Of a stretch of DNA of 64,000 nucleotides, positions 30,184 to 39,433 are shown in pieces (positions within the stretch are counted from its first letter, which is position 1; each line of letters opens with the position of its first letter). The notes below the pieces were generated by a model. That model was not told the DNA's origin. It was given only the letters and a program-made list of their open reading frames with translations, and did no database searches. Location of the stretch: the NCBI GenBank assembly GCA_052033715.1, contig JBPOJJ010000002.1:94408-158407 (forward strand). Reading direction: 5' to 3'. A program made the translations under genes and the position numbers. The stretch is from Patescibacteria group bacterium (GTDB lineage: Bacteria; Patescibacteriota; Minisyncoccia; Phycocordibacterales; CSBR16-119).

Positions 30184-30533
30184 CATTTCACATGTAACGT
30201 TTCATGTGAAACGTATTTAAGGCACGTTTATAAGGGTTTTTAAACATCAAGTTGTTACGCATGTCCTGCCTGCCGGCAGGCAGGAACATTTACTTAGTTT
30301 CTGGTATTATGTTATTCATGAAACAATTCACTTCCAAAACCCAGAAGTTGGGTGAAATTGGTGAGAAATTGGCCGTAATGTTTCTCATGAAACATGGATT
30401 TCAGGTTTTGGAGACCAATTACACGAAGAAATGTGGGGAAATAGACATTGTGGCCCAAAAGGGTAAAAATTTACACTTTATTGAGGTTAAAAGCGTTTCC
30501 CGTGTAACGTTAGACGATGTTTCATCAGAAACG
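30184..30533. promoter_or_regulatory. parS-like site cluster
   Basis: 16-mers resembling TGTTTCACGTGAAACA at 30184, 30198 (cgtttcatgtgaaacg), 30310, 30379, 30494 and 30518; about 6 kb from dnaA. Confidence 0.7.
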
Positions 30534-30719
30534 TCTGGCTATAGGCCAGAAGAGAATATGCATCCGAAGAAAGTCGAGAGATTCGTCCGAACGGCTGATT
30601 ATTACCTTATGGAGAAGAATGTACCTGATACGATCGAATACCAGATCGATCTAGCTCTCGTCTACATAAACCCGATAAAACGCGCAGGGAAGGTAGTCCT
30701 TATGGAGCAGGTGGTTTAA
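30318..30719 (+). CDS. yraN: YraN/UPF0102 endonuclease-like protein
   Basis: LGEIGEKLA..FL...NYTKKCGEIDIVA...FIEVK. Confidence 0.9.
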   Translation: MKQFTSKTQKLGEIGEKLAVMFLMKHGFQVLETNYTKKCGEIDIVAQKGKNLHFIEVKSVSRVTLDDVSSETSGYRPEENMHPKKVERFVRTADYYLMEKNVPDTIEYQIDLALVYINPIKRAGKVVLMEQVV

Positions 30720-30769
30720 AAATTTATTGTTTTTCGAATCTGTTGTGCTAATATAACTTCATTGTTTTA

Positions 30770-30842
30770 CGGGGCGTGGTGTAACGGCTAACATGTCTGT
30801 TTTGGGAACAGATGACTCCGGGTTCGAATCCCGGCGCCCCGA
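30770..30842 (+). tRNA. tRNA-Pro(UGG)
   Basis: CGGGGCG/CGCCCCG; TCTGT-TTTGGGA-ACAGA; GGTTCGAATCC. Confidence 0.92.
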
Positions 30843-31046
30843 CAAGGAAGCGAGCGAGCAAACTGCTTTGCTCGCGTCCGGGATTCGAAAGGCTTTTCCG
30901 TACGAGCGAAGCGAGGTGGAAAAGCACCCGCGGCGGTAGGCCGAGAATCCATAAGAGCGCCCCGACTCAGGAAATCAGAAAAACAGATTCTCCGGAGCCT
31001 AAATGGCTCCGCGACCTGAAAGGAGATGACTTTAGTAATAATAATT

Positions 31047-31117
31047 GCGGGATTAGTTTATCGGTAAAACAACAGTTTTCCAAACTGTGGTGAGGAGTTC
31101 GACTCTCCTATCCCGCA
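31047..31117 (+). tRNA. tRNA-Gly(UCC)
   Basis: GCGGGAT/ATCCCGC; ACAGT-TTTCCAA-ACTGT; AGTTCGACTC. Confidence 0.9.
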
Positions 31118-31141
31118 CAAAAAATTTGATATACTCTCTTT

Positions 31142-32146
31142 ATGGAAAATGGACCGAAAATCCGAGTCATAGGGAATGCCGACGAGAATCTAAAAAACCA
31201 ACTAAGGGATGAGATTTTTCAAAACCTCCAACAAAAAGGTGGTTTAAACGCCACTGACCTAGAAAAACTAAAAGGGCTCGAGCAAGAAAAAACAGAAAGG
31301 GAGTTGGCTTTAATAGAATTTGCCGATCAAGAAGTTTCACGCCTTATGGAAGAAGCGGGGCTGGAGTCATACAGCATTCCCAGCGACAACTATCATTTGT
31401 TGCCTTCTGACTTCTATCAGAAACATTTTGGTAAAAATAATAACGCCACGGCAAAAATACCTCGACAAGGAATTATGTTTGATGCGGATACTTTTCGCGA
31501 CAAACCAATATTTTTTGGATCTGTCGCGGTTCACGAGACATTACACCTGAAGTCACACCTATCGATGGAATTAAACGAGACTGAAGGGGAACCAGAACAA
31601 ACACCATACAGAGAAGGAGTAGCGATAAAGGCTCTTCAGCGAGATGGTTTCCATGGAAATTATCATGAACATTTTTCTGGTCTACATGAAGCGATTGTGG
31701 CAGAGACACAGAAAAAACTTTTTGATAAAATGTTGAACTTGCCAGAGCTAGCGACTGAAAAAACCTGGCTTGAATCAAAAGAGGCTAAAGATAAGAGGGC
31801 GGCTATCGCTAAGAGAAAAAAGTTACCTGAAGACACGATAATTTGGGTAGGAAACAATGAAGACGAAAAAGATTGGGAGATGATATCTTATGTCACACAA
31901 AGACAAGTATTAAATTATATCTGCGAAGAAATTTCAAAAGATTTGCCAGAAAAATATCCAACACCAGAGGATGTTTACAAAGAATTTTTAAAAGCACAAT
32001 TTACAGGACACCTAACTTCCATCGCAAGAATAGTTGAAGGAACTTTTGGGGAAGGAAGTTTTAGGATTCTGGGAGAAATGAAAACGACAAAAACTAGTGG
32101 GGAAGAGTATTTGAAGAAGATGAAAGACCTAAGATCGAACAAATAA
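31142..32146 (+). CDS. Hypothetical zincin-like metallopeptidase
   Basis: VHETLH (HExxH) plus downstream GLHEAIVAE. Confidence 0.6.
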   Translation: MENGPKIRVIGNADENLKNQLRDEIFQNLQQKGGLNATDLEKLKGLEQEKTERELALIEFADQEVSRLMEEAGLESYSIPSDNYHLLPSDFYQKHFGKNNNATAKIPRQGIMFDADTFRDKPIFFGSVAVHETLHLKSHLSMELNETEGEPEQTPYREGVAIKALQRDGFHGNYHEHFSGLHEAIVAETQKKLFDKMLNLPELATEKTWLESKEAKDKRAAIAKRKKLPEDTIIWVGNNEDEKDWEMISYVTQRQVLNYICEEISKDLPEKYPTPEDVYKEFLKAQFTGHLTSIARIVEGTFGEGSFRILGEMKTTKTSGEEYLKKMKDLRSNK

Positions 32147-32199
32147 CACAAAAGCCCCTCTTGGGGCTTTTGTGATTTACAGAATTCTCTAAATTGTGA

Positions 32200-32472
32200 C
32201 TACTTTACTGCGTCTTTCAAAGCTTTAGAAGCTCTAAACTTTGGCACTTTCTGTGCGGCAACCGCTACAGCTTCGCCCGTTCGAGGATTTCTCGCGGTGC
32301 GAGCTTTTCTCATTTTTGCTGAGAAAATTCCGAATCCAGAAACAGAAACCTCGCCGCCTTTTTTCATCTCGCTGGTGATGGCGTCAAAGATTCCATCTAC
32401 CACTTGTTCGGCCTGAGTTTTGGTGCCGCCAAGCATGCCATGAACATGTTCTACCAATGCTGCTTTATTCAT
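32200..32472 (-). CDS. hup: HU DNA-binding protein
   Basis: MNKAAL..GFGIF..ARTARNPRTGE..PKFRASKALKDAVK. Confidence 0.97.
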   Translation of the reverse strand: MNKAALVEHVHGMLGGTKTQAEQVVDGIFDAITSEMKKGGEVSVSGFGIFSAKMRKARTARNPRTGEAVAVAAQKVPKFRASKALKDAVK

Positions 32473-32620
32473 ATCGTTTTTAGATTATTAATAATAACCC
32501 TCCCGATTAAGATTTGCTCTGAAACCATTATATAACGAGGCTTCGTAAACCGCAATTATAAAGGCTTTTTCAAAATTTGAAGCGCCTTTATAATTGCGGT
32601 TTGACTACGCAAAAGAGTGA

Positions 32621-34141
32621 CTAGCGGGCGAATGAGATAGTTCTAGATTCTCTGATGACAATAACCTTGATTTCTCCTGGATATTGGAGTTCTTGCTCGA
32701 TTGACTTGGCAATGTCTCGAGAAAGCTCGGCGGCGCGTAAATCGGTCGTTTTCTCAGGGTTTACAAAGACTCGAACCTCGCGACCAGCGGCAATGGCGTA
32801 TGACTTCTCAACGCCGTCAAATGAATTGATGAGAGTTTCGAGTTCTGTCAGGCGTTTCAAATAGTTTTCAGCCGTGTCAGATCGTGCGCCTGGTCGTCCA
32901 CCAGAGATGGCGTCGGCGGTTTGGACAATGTGTGATTCAACTGATTCGTAAGGGAATTCTTCATGATGAGACTTCATGGCGGTGATGATTCGAACATCTG
33001 TGCCAAATTTCTGCAAAATTCTCATGCCGATTTCGACGTGAGTACCCTGAACTTCGTGGGTAAGAGCTTTGCCGATGTCGTGAACGAGGCATCCGGCCTT
33101 GGTCACAGCCACATCAGCCCCGAGCTCAGTCGCGATGATTCCGCCGATGTGTGCCATTTCAACCGAATGAGCGAGGACGTTTTGTCCATAACTTGTGCGG
33201 AAGTGTAGGCGGCCGAGAATAGCGATAACACGTGGATCAAGATTGAATATTCCACATTCGTAAACAGCTTCTTCGCCTTTTTGTTTGATTATTTTATTTA
33301 TATCTTCTTTGGCCTTCTCAACCGTTTCTTCGATCTTGGCTGGCTGGATGCGTCCATCTAGAATCAAGTTCTCTAGGGCAATACGAGCAACTTGTCGGCG
33401 CACAGGGTCAAAAGAAGAAATTGTAATGACCCCAGGTGTGTCATCAACTATGACCTCAACCCCGGCAGCGTTTTCAAAAGCACGAATGTTTCGGCCTTCT
33501 TTCCCAATGATTTTGCCTTTGATTTCGTCGTTAGGAATGGCGACGGTTGTGGCCATCAATTCACCAACGCCGTCATTGGCCAAACGCTGGATCGAAGAGG
33601 CGAGGATCTCTCGAGCGCGTAGATCAAGTTTCTCTTTTGTTGTATTTTCCAATTTCTGCATACGAACCAAAGTATCTTCTTCGCTTCGCGCTTCGATCTC
33701 ACGGAAAAGTTGCTCTCGCGCCTCCTCACGAGTCAGTCCGGAAATTTTCTCAAGTTCTGTTTCTAGGCTTAATTTTTTTTCTTCAATTTCAAGTTTTGTT
33801 TTGTTTACTTCTTCAACTTTCTTGTTTAATTCCTCAGTATGCTTTTGAAGCTCGCGATCTTTTACATCAAGACTGTCTTCTTTACGAATCAGACGATCTT
33901 CAGATTTTTTCAAATCTTCAAGACGAGTTTTTTCATGATCTTCAACTTCTTTTAGTCTGTCTTCGGCCTTTTTGTTGGCCTCAGTTAAAATCTTCTGCGC
34001 CTCCTCCTTGGCTGTGAGCATCTGGTTCTTGATGTCGAGCTCCATCGATCCTTGCTTGGCAAGCGCGACAACCATGCGTAGATAGTATCCGACACCCGCA
34101 CCCACAAGAAGTCCGATGACTGCAAAAATTATTGTGTTCAT
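32621..34141 (-). CDS. rny: Ribonuclease Y
   Basis: TM, coiled coil, KH (KGKIIGKEGRNIR) and HD (HDIGKA) domains. Confidence 0.97.
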   Translation of the reverse strand: MNTIIFAVIGLLVGAGVGYYLRMVVALAKQGSMELDIKNQMLTAKEEAQKILTEANKKAEDRLKEVEDHEKTRLEDLKKSEDRLIRKEDSLDVKDRELQKHTEELNKKVEEVNKTKLEIEEKKLSLETELEKISGLTREEAREQLFREIEARSEEDTLVRMQKLENTTKEKLDLRAREILASSIQRLANDGVGELMATTVAIPNDEIKGKIIGKEGRNIRAFENAAGVEVIVDDTPGVITISSFDPVRRQVARIALENLILDGRIQPAKIEETVEKAKEDINKIIKQKGEEAVYECGIFNLDPRVIAILGRLHFRTSYGQNVLAHSVEMAHIGGIIATELGADVAVTKAGCLVHDIGKALTHEVQGTHVEIGMRILQKFGTDVRIITAMKSHHEEFPYESVESHIVQTADAISGGRPGARSDTAENYLKRLTELETLINSFDGVEKSYAIAAGREVRVFVNPEKTTDLRAAELSRDIAKSIEQELQYPGEIKVIVIRESRTISFAR

Positions 34142-34331
34142 GCGATTTTAAAATCGCTTTTTAAAAGCCTGTTTTATGGCCGTTTTTGAGTATCTAGGGG
34201 TGATTGTAAACTTCTTAAAAACATATTTTGGTGTAAAACAAACGATTTAAAGCGATTTTTAACTAAAAATTATAAATTTCGGTACTTCCAATATAACAAA
34301 AAAGACCCCCTTATGTCCATGAGAATCTTTT

Positions 34332-34796
34332 TTAAAGAGGTTGTTTGAAAAATATGACGACTCGCCGCGATGGGCCAACACCAGTAGATTCGGAGGCGAG
34401 GTCTGGATGCTTGGAAACGAAATCATGAACAATGCGGCGCTCGTAAGCATTCATCGGTTCGAGTTCGATTTTGCTTTTGAAAAATCTGGCGCGTTCAGCC
34501 ATCATGTGAGCTGTTGTCTTGATTTTGTCGACACGAGCTTTTTGGTAATCGTTGATGTCGATGGTGACACGCGGAGTGTTTTCACCTAAACGCTTCTCGA
34601 GCATTCTTTTAATCAAATGATTTAGACTTTGGATTGTTTCTCCGTTTTTACCAATGAGATGGTGTGAATCCGGCGTACCGACAGAAATCCAATAAGACCC
34701 CGAATCCGTATCGAGTCGAACGTCTATGTTGTGTAAACCGAAACCCGAGCTTTGAATGAATTCTTCGATCAATTGTTTCAAATCAGATTCCATCAT
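34332..34796 (-). CDS. jag: Jag/EloR KH-R3H protein
   Basis: LIGKNGETIQSL; PMNAYERRIVH; position after yidC. Confidence 0.88.
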   Translation of the reverse strand: MMESDLKQLIEEFIQSSGFGLHNIDVRLDTDSGSYWISVGTPDSHHLIGKNGETIQSLNHLIKRMLEKRLGENTPRVTIDINDYQKARVDKIKTTAHMMAERARFFKSKIELEPMNAYERRIVHDFVSKHPDLASESTGVGPSRRVVIFFKQPL

Positions 34797-34799
34797 GTT

Positions 34800-35531
34800 T
34801 TAATTCTTGTTTACGATGACAGCCTGTTCTTTTTTGGTCATCTTTTTGTGAATCAAATATTCTTGAATGGTAGTAAAAATATTGTTGACTGACCAGTAAA
34901 GAGCGATGGCGGCCGAGATTTGATAGGAGATAATGGCCACAAAAACCGGTAAGAAATATTTCATTTGTTTACTCATCATTTTATTCATGTTGGCTGACAT
35001 AGAGTTATCGTTTGGATCGGGAACAGGAGTTCTTTGGGCAGAAAAATGAACCTGAAGATATTGAGTAATTCCAGCAATGGCGGCAAAAATGATTGATTTT
35101 TGTGTTAGATCTAAAAGTCCAAGAAATGTTAGTTTAATCGTTTGGGGCTCTTGGATAAAACTATATAGAGGCATTGTGTCGAAACTAAACCCTCCCAGAA
35201 AAACACGATAAAGCGCCAAGATGATCGGGAGTTGAATTAAAATTGGTAAACATCCGGCGAGTGGAGAAATTTTATGCTCTTTGTAGAGTTCAAATGTTTT
35301 AGCAGCTTGAACTTGCTTGTCAGGATACTGTTTCTTGATTTCGCGAAGCTTTGGCTCGAGTTTCTTCATCTCAAATTGACCGCGAATAGCCTTGGCGTGA
35401 AGCGGCGCCAGGACAAACTTAACCAAAAGAGTGAGAACGATGATGGCAATACCTACATCGTGCCACGGCACGACATTGACGAGAAATACCAATAAGTTAT
35501 ACAAAGGCTCAACAAAAATCGTCTTAAACAT
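34800..35531 (-). CDS. yidC: Membrane protein insertase
   Basis: GCLPILIQLPI, ALYWSVNN; gene context. Confidence 0.95.
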   Translation of the reverse strand: MFKTIFVEPLYNLLVFLVNVVPWHDVGIAIIVLTLLVKFVLAPLHAKAIRGQFEMKKLEPKLREIKKQYPDKQVQAAKTFELYKEHKISPLAGCLPILIQLPIILALYRVFLGGFSFDTMPLYSFIQEPQTIKLTFLGLLDLTQKSIIFAAIAGITQYLQVHFSAQRTPVPDPNDNSMSANMNKMMSKQMKYFLPVFVAIISYQISAAIALYWSVNNIFTTIQEYLIHKKMTKKEQAVIVNKN

Positions 35532-35567
35532 CTTTCGATTCTATCTTAAAAGAGGGGAATCTCAAAA

Positions 35568-35792
35568 TTATTTTGGTACTTCATCCACTCCCGACCCTCC
35601 CCAAGGATGACAGCGCGAAATTCGTCGGAAAGAAAGCCAAAAACCCTTGAAAAATCCGTGTTTTTGGAAGGCTTCACGCGAATAGTGTGAACAAGTTGGG
35701 TAAAACCGGCAATTTACGCCAAGAATACGGAAAAGGGGAGAAAGGGTGTGTTGATAGAGCCAAATCAATGAAATAGCTATATATTTCAACAT
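35568..35792 (-). CDS. yidD: Membrane protein insertion efficiency factor
   Basis: [15 protein letters not shown]. Confidence 0.95.
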   Translation of the reverse strand: MLKYIAISLIWLYQHTLSPLFRILGVNCRFYPTCSHYSREAFQKHGFFKGFWLSFRRISRCHPWGGSGVDEVPK

Positions 35793-36112
35793 ATTTTCGC
35801 CTTTTCTAGGATCGCAATAATATCAGCTTCCGTTTCGGCAAACGTTGCTTTTTCGACACCCTTTTTACCAAAAAGTATTATGTAGTATGGGTTTTTGACC
35901 GCTTTGCCGAGCACGGAGTAAGCTCGGCGACGGATTTTGTTCCTAGAAATGGCTGTTTTGGCGACCTTTTTAGCAACCACAACACTAAAATGCGTTGAAT
36001 TTAAAGGGTTTTTCAGGAATCTGAGCGTGAAAAAAGACGAGTTTAAAAACCCGCCTTTTTTCATTACTTTCTCGAAATCTTCCCGATTCATCCTGTTGGT
36101 CTTCGGGATCAT
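35786..36112 (-). CDS. rnpA: RNase P protein component
   Basis: [21 protein letters not shown]-like motif; gene context. Confidence 0.9.
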   Translation of the reverse strand: MIPKTNRMNREDFEKVMKKGGFLNSSFFTLRFLKNPLNSTHFSVVVAKKVAKTAISRNKIRRRAYSVLGKAVKNPYYIILFGKKGVEKATFAETEADIIAILEKAKIC

Positions 36113-36119
36113 GAGAATA

Positions 36120-36281
36120 TTATTTAGCCGACTTAATACGAGGTTTAGAAACGGTTAGTTTCTTGCGTCCTTTGCGGCGTCGAGCAAGCAAAACCTTCTT
36201 TCCGGAGGTCGTTTTGGATCGAGCACGAAAGCCGTGAGTTTTGGCTCTTTTTTTCTTTTTTGGATTGTATGTTCGTGACAT
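36120..36281 (-). CDS. rpmH: 50S ribosomal protein L34 (missing from ORF track)
   Basis: Manual translation: [44 protein letters not shown]... Confidence 0.95.
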   Translation of the reverse strand: MSRTYNPKKKKRAKTHGFRARSKTTSGKKVLLARRRKGRKKLTVSKPRIKSAK

Positions 36282-36364
36282 GTAGGGGAGTATATACTAG
36301 ACATAAAAATAAATCAATGTCTGGTGCGAAAAAACTTCTATTTAGAACCTGGTTTGTATATAAT

Positions 36365-36427
36365 TTATTCATAAATTTTTTATCCACAGCAATCCACAAG
36401 TTGTTAACAATTTTTGAATTATCCACA
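36365..36427. promoter_or_regulatory. oriC part 1: DnaA boxes upstream of dnaA
   Basis: TTATCCACA at 36380 and 36419; CAATCCACA at 36390. Confidence 0.85.
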
Positions 36428-36480
36428 GTTTCTGAAAATAGATTATAATTCCAAACATTAATCTTTATAAAAATTAAATC

Positions 36481-37830
36481 ATGGTTGATAACAAGCAAAT
36501 TTGGGAAAGTTGTTTAGACGAGATCGAATCCTCTCTTTCCAGAGCCAATTTTGTCACCTGGTTTAAAAACACCAACCTTTCCAAGCAAGAAAACGGCACC
36601 GCCTACATAAGTGTTCCAAATGAATTTGTTAAAGATTGGTTAAACACCAAACACAAGACGACAATATTGGGCCTTCTTAGAAATTACTCTGACGGAATTC
36701 GAAGCGTTGAGTTTGTAATTTCCAAACTTTCAAACAAAAAGCCGGAGGGGGACACGGGCGGCGGAGATGGTTTTGTGGTCAACGAACTTCCACTAAAGAA
36801 TCTCTACGTCGACAAAAAAGATAACTTGAATCCTCGCTACACATTTGACTCTTTTGTGGTTGGCTCTTTTAACGAACTCGCTCACGCCGCCGCTCAATCT
36901 ATAGTCAAAAATCCAGGACACAACTATAATCCCTTCTTCATCTACGGACCAACGGGCCTTGGTAAGACCCACCTTATCCAGGCGATAGGGAACTCAATAA
37001 AAGAAAAGTTCCCAAACAAACAAATTCACTACATTCCTCTCGAGAAATTCGCCATCGATTATGTAAACGCTCTTCGAAACAATAAACCAAACGAATTTAA
37101 GCAAAAATACCGCAAATACGATGTCTTGATCATGGACGACGTCCAATTTATCTCTAACAAAGAAAAGACCCAGGAGGAGCTCTTCCACCTTTTCAACACC
37201 CTCCACGAAACCCAAAAGCAAATAATCTTCTCCTCGGACAAACACCCAAACCAAATCATCGGCCTTGAAGATCGTCTCAGAACCCGTTTTGGCCAAGGGA
37301 TGATTGTTGACATAACCGAGCCAGATATTGAATCTAGAACAGCAATTATTCGCTCTAAGCTCGACGAAAACAGCCTGACTTTATCAGACGAGGTGGTTGA
37401 GTATATTGCTACGGCCATTTCGGGAAGCGTCCGCGAGCTCGAAGGAAGTTTAAACACAGTAATTTGCCAGATTCAGCTCAAAAAAAGAGACTTGTCGGTT
37501 GTGGAGGTTAAAAAGTTGATAAAAAACAACATCAAGCCAGGTAAAAACGTATCGATTCAGAGTGTGGTCAAGACAATTAGTGACTTCTATGAGGTTGAGG
37601 AGGAAAACATATATGAAAAGACTCGCCGAAAAGAGATTGTCAAAGCCCGACAGCTTATTATGTACATCCTTCGAGAAGACTTCAATATCTCGTACCCATT
37701 AATTGGCCAGAAGCTTGGGGGTAAAGACCACACAACCGTCATCCACTCCTGCCTGAAAATCAAGAACGACCTAAAAGGGGACCAAAAACTTGTTCGAGAC
37801 CTTGAGCAGATACGAATGATGTTTAAATAG
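36481..37830 (+). CDS. dnaA: Chromosomal replication initiator
   Basis: LNPRYTFDSFVVG, GPTGLGKTHL, DDVQF, GGKDHTTVIH. Confidence 0.99.
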   Translation: MVDNKQIWESCLDEIESSLSRANFVTWFKNTNLSKQENGTAYISVPNEFVKDWLNTKHKTTILGLLRNYSDGIRSVEFVISKLSNKKPEGDTGGGDGFVVNELPLKNLYVDKKDNLNPRYTFDSFVVGSFNELAHAAAQSIVKNPGHNYNPFFIYGPTGLGKTHLIQAIGNSIKEKFPNKQIHYIPLEKFAIDYVNALRNNKPNEFKQKYRKYDVLIMDDVQFISNKEKTQEELFHLFNTLHETQKQIIFSSDKHPNQIIGLEDRLRTRFGQGMIVDITEPDIESRTAIIRSKLDENSLTLSDEVVEYIATAISGSVRELEGSLNTVICQIQLKKRDLSVVEVKKLIKNNIKPGKNVSIQSVVKTISDFYEVEEENIYEKTRRKEIVKARQLIMYILREDFNISYPLIGQKLGGKDHTTVIHSCLKIKNDLKGDQKLVRDLEQIRMMFK

Positions 37831-38040
37831 TGTTAATAAGTTCTTTAAAAGTAGGTGGAAATTCTTGTGGAATAAAACTAGTAACTTTCAATAAAAAGCC
37901 CTCGCGTTAAAAACCTCGGGGTTGTCGGCGAAAGTTACCTTGTTTTACACACCAGGATTTAGTTGTTTTGTCAGATTTTAAAAGGGCGGATGAGACTTAT
38001 ACACAATATCAACAGGGCTAATAATAATAGTAAATTTTAA
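37831..38040. promoter_or_regulatory. oriC part 2: DnaA boxes, GC-rich spacer and DnaA-trio-like unwinding site
   Basis: TTATACACA (37997), ATATCAACA, GGG, then CTA ATA ATA ATA GTA, resembling the Bacillus basal unwinding system. Confidence 0.75.
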
Positions 38041-38061
38041 AGAGTAATAAAAAAGAAAAAC

Positions 38062-39162
38062 ATGAAAATAGAATGTTCGGTGGAAAAACTAAAAGACGCG
38101 GTTGGTAAGGCAGACAAGATCGTCGGTAAGACCTCCTCTCTAGAGAGCCTTAGGTCTATCCTCTTTATTGCTTCTGGTAATAGTTTGAAAATCCGTTCGA
38201 CAAACCTGTCTCTTGGTTTAGAGATCGAGATTCCGGCCAAAATAGAAGTTGAGGGCGAAGTCGTTGTCTCTGGCGAAGTGATAAACAACACATTGATGAA
38301 TCTTAGTGTTTCGGACAAGACTATACGACTCGAGAAAGTAAACGAAAACCTTTTTTTAAACAACAAGAAAACAGCCATAACAATTAAAAGCATTTCTTCT
38401 GAAGATTTTCCAACAATTCCGACGGTCGAAGGAGCTTCTTTTGAAATCGAAACAGAAAAATTCATAGACGGCATAAAGGCGGTATTTTATAGTTCAGCCA
38501 CAAGCGATATTAAGCCAGAAATTGCCAGTGTATATATATACTCCCAGGAAAACAATATCTTTTTTGTCTCGACCGATTCTTTTCGTTTAGCTGAAAAAAA
38601 TATTAGGACAAAAAAACCAGCAGAAGTCGAAGGTTTAATAATTCCTTTTAAAAATGTTTTAGAAATTATAAAACTTCTCTCGGACACAAAAGGGGACATG
38701 AGGGTTTATTACAACAAGAACCAGATTTCTTTTGTCAGTTCGGGTTTTTATCTAACATCTAGGCTTATCAACGGATCTTTTCCAGACTATCGCCAGATTG
38801 TGCCAAAAGAATACAAAACTCGCGCTGTGCTAATCAAGAAAGATTTTATAGAGGCCATCAGGCTCTCTAATGTCTTCTCAGACAAGTTTAATCAGATAAA
38901 ACTTATCATTGACCCAAAAGCTAAAAAACTCGAGGTCTACGCCCTAAACAAAGATGTAGGTGAAAACAAAACATTTGTTGATGGGGCACTTGAGGGAAAC
39001 GCTGTTGATATGAATTTAAATTACAAATATGTTCTTGATTGCTTCCAGTCCATAAACGAAGATTCTGTTGTGCTTGAAATGAATGAAGTAAACCGGCCGA
39101 TGGTCATAAAAGGCAACGGAGATAAGACGTTTTTATACTTAATTATGCCGATGAATCGCTAA
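38062..39162 (+). CDS. dnaN: DNA polymerase III beta clamp
   Basis: STDSFRLA, SRLINGSFPDY, YLIMPM; follows dnaA. Confidence 0.97.
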   Translation: MKIECSVEKLKDAVGKADKIVGKTSSLESLRSILFIASGNSLKIRSTNLSLGLEIEIPAKIEVEGEVVVSGEVINNTLMNLSVSDKTIRLEKVNENLFLNNKKTAITIKSISSEDFPTIPTVEGASFEIETEKFIDGIKAVFYSSATSDIKPEIASVYIYSQENNIFFVSTDSFRLAEKNIRTKKPAEVEGLIIPFKNVLEIIKLLSDTKGDMRVYYNKNQISFVSSGFYLTSRLINGSFPDYRQIVPKEYKTRAVLIKKDFIEAIRLSNVFSDKFNQIKLIIDPKAKKLEVYALNKDVGENKTFVDGALEGNAVDMNLNYKYVLDCFQSINEDSVVLEMNEVNRPMVIKGNGDKTFLYLIMPMNR

Positions 39163-39172
39163 CATAAAACAC

Positions 39173-39433
39173 ATGACAGTAAACATCTCTCAGTTTTTAG
39201 ATATCTTCAAGCAGGCTATTTCGGGTAACGAAAATTTTAAAGAAACCATTTGCGCCGTTGTGTTGGAAACAATAAAATTCCCAATAGAAAAGGGCGCGAT
39301 TTCTTTCAAGAACCAAAATATTTACCTTAAAACCGACCCCTATATCAAAACAGAAATAAAATTACACAAAGAAAAAATTTTAGAGAAGCTAAAAATTGCT
39401 TTCCCTGGAAAAATAATCAAAGATATTTTTTAA
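39173..39433 (+). CDS. Hypothetical protein, possibly DciA/DUF721-like
   Basis: 86 aa directly after dnaN; pattern IYLKTDPYIKTEIKLHKEKILEKL. Confidence 0.55.
   Translation: MTVNISQFLDIFKQAISGNENFKETICAVVLETIKFPIEKGAISFKNQNIYLKTDPYIKTEIKLHKEKILEKLKIAFPGKIIKDIF

Noticed and set aside
36145-36498. 117-aa ORF across oriC
   Set aside because: The real gene is rpmH in another frame; the rest is DnaA boxes.
38017-38026. Spacer self-target at oriC (GCTAATAATA)
   Set aside because: Only 10 AT-rich nucleotides match, which is expected by chance.
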